Source: a virus (Duplodnaviria > Caudoviricetes). Taken from it: a stretch of DNA of 55,509 nucleotides. The notes beneath the pieces are model-generated. The model saw only the letters and a program-made list of their open reading frames with translations, was not told the DNA's origin and did no database searches. Positions within the stretch are counted from its first letter, which is position 1. The number at the start of each line of letters is the position of its first letter. Both the position numbers and the translations under genes were made by a program. Shown in pieces: positions 54,941-55,509 of this stretch. Location: IMG/VR virus record IMGVR_UViG_3300046413_000510, positions 1 to 55,509 of that record; one strand, written 5' to 3'.

Positions 54941-55296
54941 TATTTCTTACTAAAAAGATTAATAATCTTTTCCTTTGTACTGATAAATTGTACTCTCATA
55001 TCAGCCCAAGACTCTGCTTGGTATTCTTTTGTTTTTTGCCATTCACTCTGAGCAAAGTTAGATACTTTACCAGGTACAGCAACAATGGCTTCGCCAAACT
55101 CTTTAGGAGTTATTGAAGCTTCATCAGCTTTCGCTTTGTTAAGTTCTAAAGATACAAGTACAAACGCAGCTATGACTACCATACCCCACATTGCAACTCT
55201 CTCCCAAACTTTCTTTATTACTTTATCCACGATATCCTCTATCTGTTGGTTTGTTAAATTAGACACCAAGACCTTCCGTTGCTTTTTTCTCTGCAA
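54940..55296 (-). CDS. Membrane-anchored hypothetical protein
   Basis: TM segment, EWQKTKEYQ..SW motif. Start uncertain. Confidence 0.65.
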   Translation of the reverse strand: MQRKKQRKVLVSNLTNQQIEDIVDKVIKKVWERVAMWGMVVIAAFVLVSLELNKAKADEASITPKEFGEAIVAVPGKVSNFAQSEWQKTKEYQAESWADMRVQFISTKEKIINLFSKK

Positions 55297-55509
55297 GTTC
55301 TATCTCGGAGATTCTCATTTTTTCGGCATAAGACATACCAAAAACCGTGTTATAAAAGAAATCAATAGGACTGGTACTTGACCAAGCCTCTAATAACTTT
55401 TCAAAATTTATATCTAAACCAGAATAGTAATGTGGATTAGTTTTTTTCAATTCAATATGGTCTTTGAAGAATTGTATTCTATTATCAAATTTGTCATTTT
55501 CTTTGGCAA
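55259..55509 (-). CDS. Hypothetical protein truncated by window end
   Basis: The frame of ORF 55259-55450 stays open to the window edge. Confidence 0.6.
   Translation of the reverse strand, partial: AKENDKFDNRIQFFKDHIELKKTNPHYYSGLDINFEKLLEAWSSTSPIDFFYNTVFGMSYAEKMRISEIELAEKKATEGLGV

Noticed and set aside
1-55509. Alternative genetic code or stop-codon recoding
   Set aside because: Genes tile the window densely under the standard code, with TAA, TAG and TGA all used as stops. No suppressor tRNA was seen.

Overview
AT-rich 55.5-kb segment of a T4-like myovirus genome, most likely a marine phage of an alphaproteobacterium. A SAR11/pelagimyophage-like host is an inference from an alpha-type two-piece tmRNA, a C4-pathway ALA synthase, alpha-type GAAC-N7-GAAC boxes and low GC. 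Layout: 1-7405 (+) is a tailoring-enzyme cluster (2 radical SAM, carbamoyltransferase, nitroreductase-like, methyltransferase, 3 glycosyltransferases, QueC-like). 7.4-25.7 kb (-) holds virion and baseplate genes (VrlC-like, gp8, gp9-like, gp7, gp6, gp25, PAAR). 25.8-27.1 kb (+) is a small early operon plus tRNA-Arg(TCT). 27.1-28.7 kb holds iscA and hemA. 29.8-39.6 kb is the baseplate hub/tail module (gp5, gp27-like, gp53, gp48, gp4, tape measure, gp51, gp26, gp54, gp2). 39.7-43.5 kb holds gp32, peroxiredoxin, gp59 and gp33, followed by a permuted tmRNA. 44-55.5 kb holds an exonuclease, lysozyme, DenV-like glycosylase, GH73 hydrolase, SprT, glutaredoxin and many small envelope genes. Most notable signals not shown by the ORF track: a 32-aa ORF with its own Shine-Dalgarno inside the tmRNA intervening segment; a candidate -1 frameshift fusing gp26 to gp51; two early promoters sharing a LexA-box/IHF-like architecture; a dense GGCC cluster over gp5; a Shine-Dalgarno-array RNA after the tRNA; and a metallothionein-like microprotein. 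Family assignments come from recognising motifs by eye; no database searches were run.
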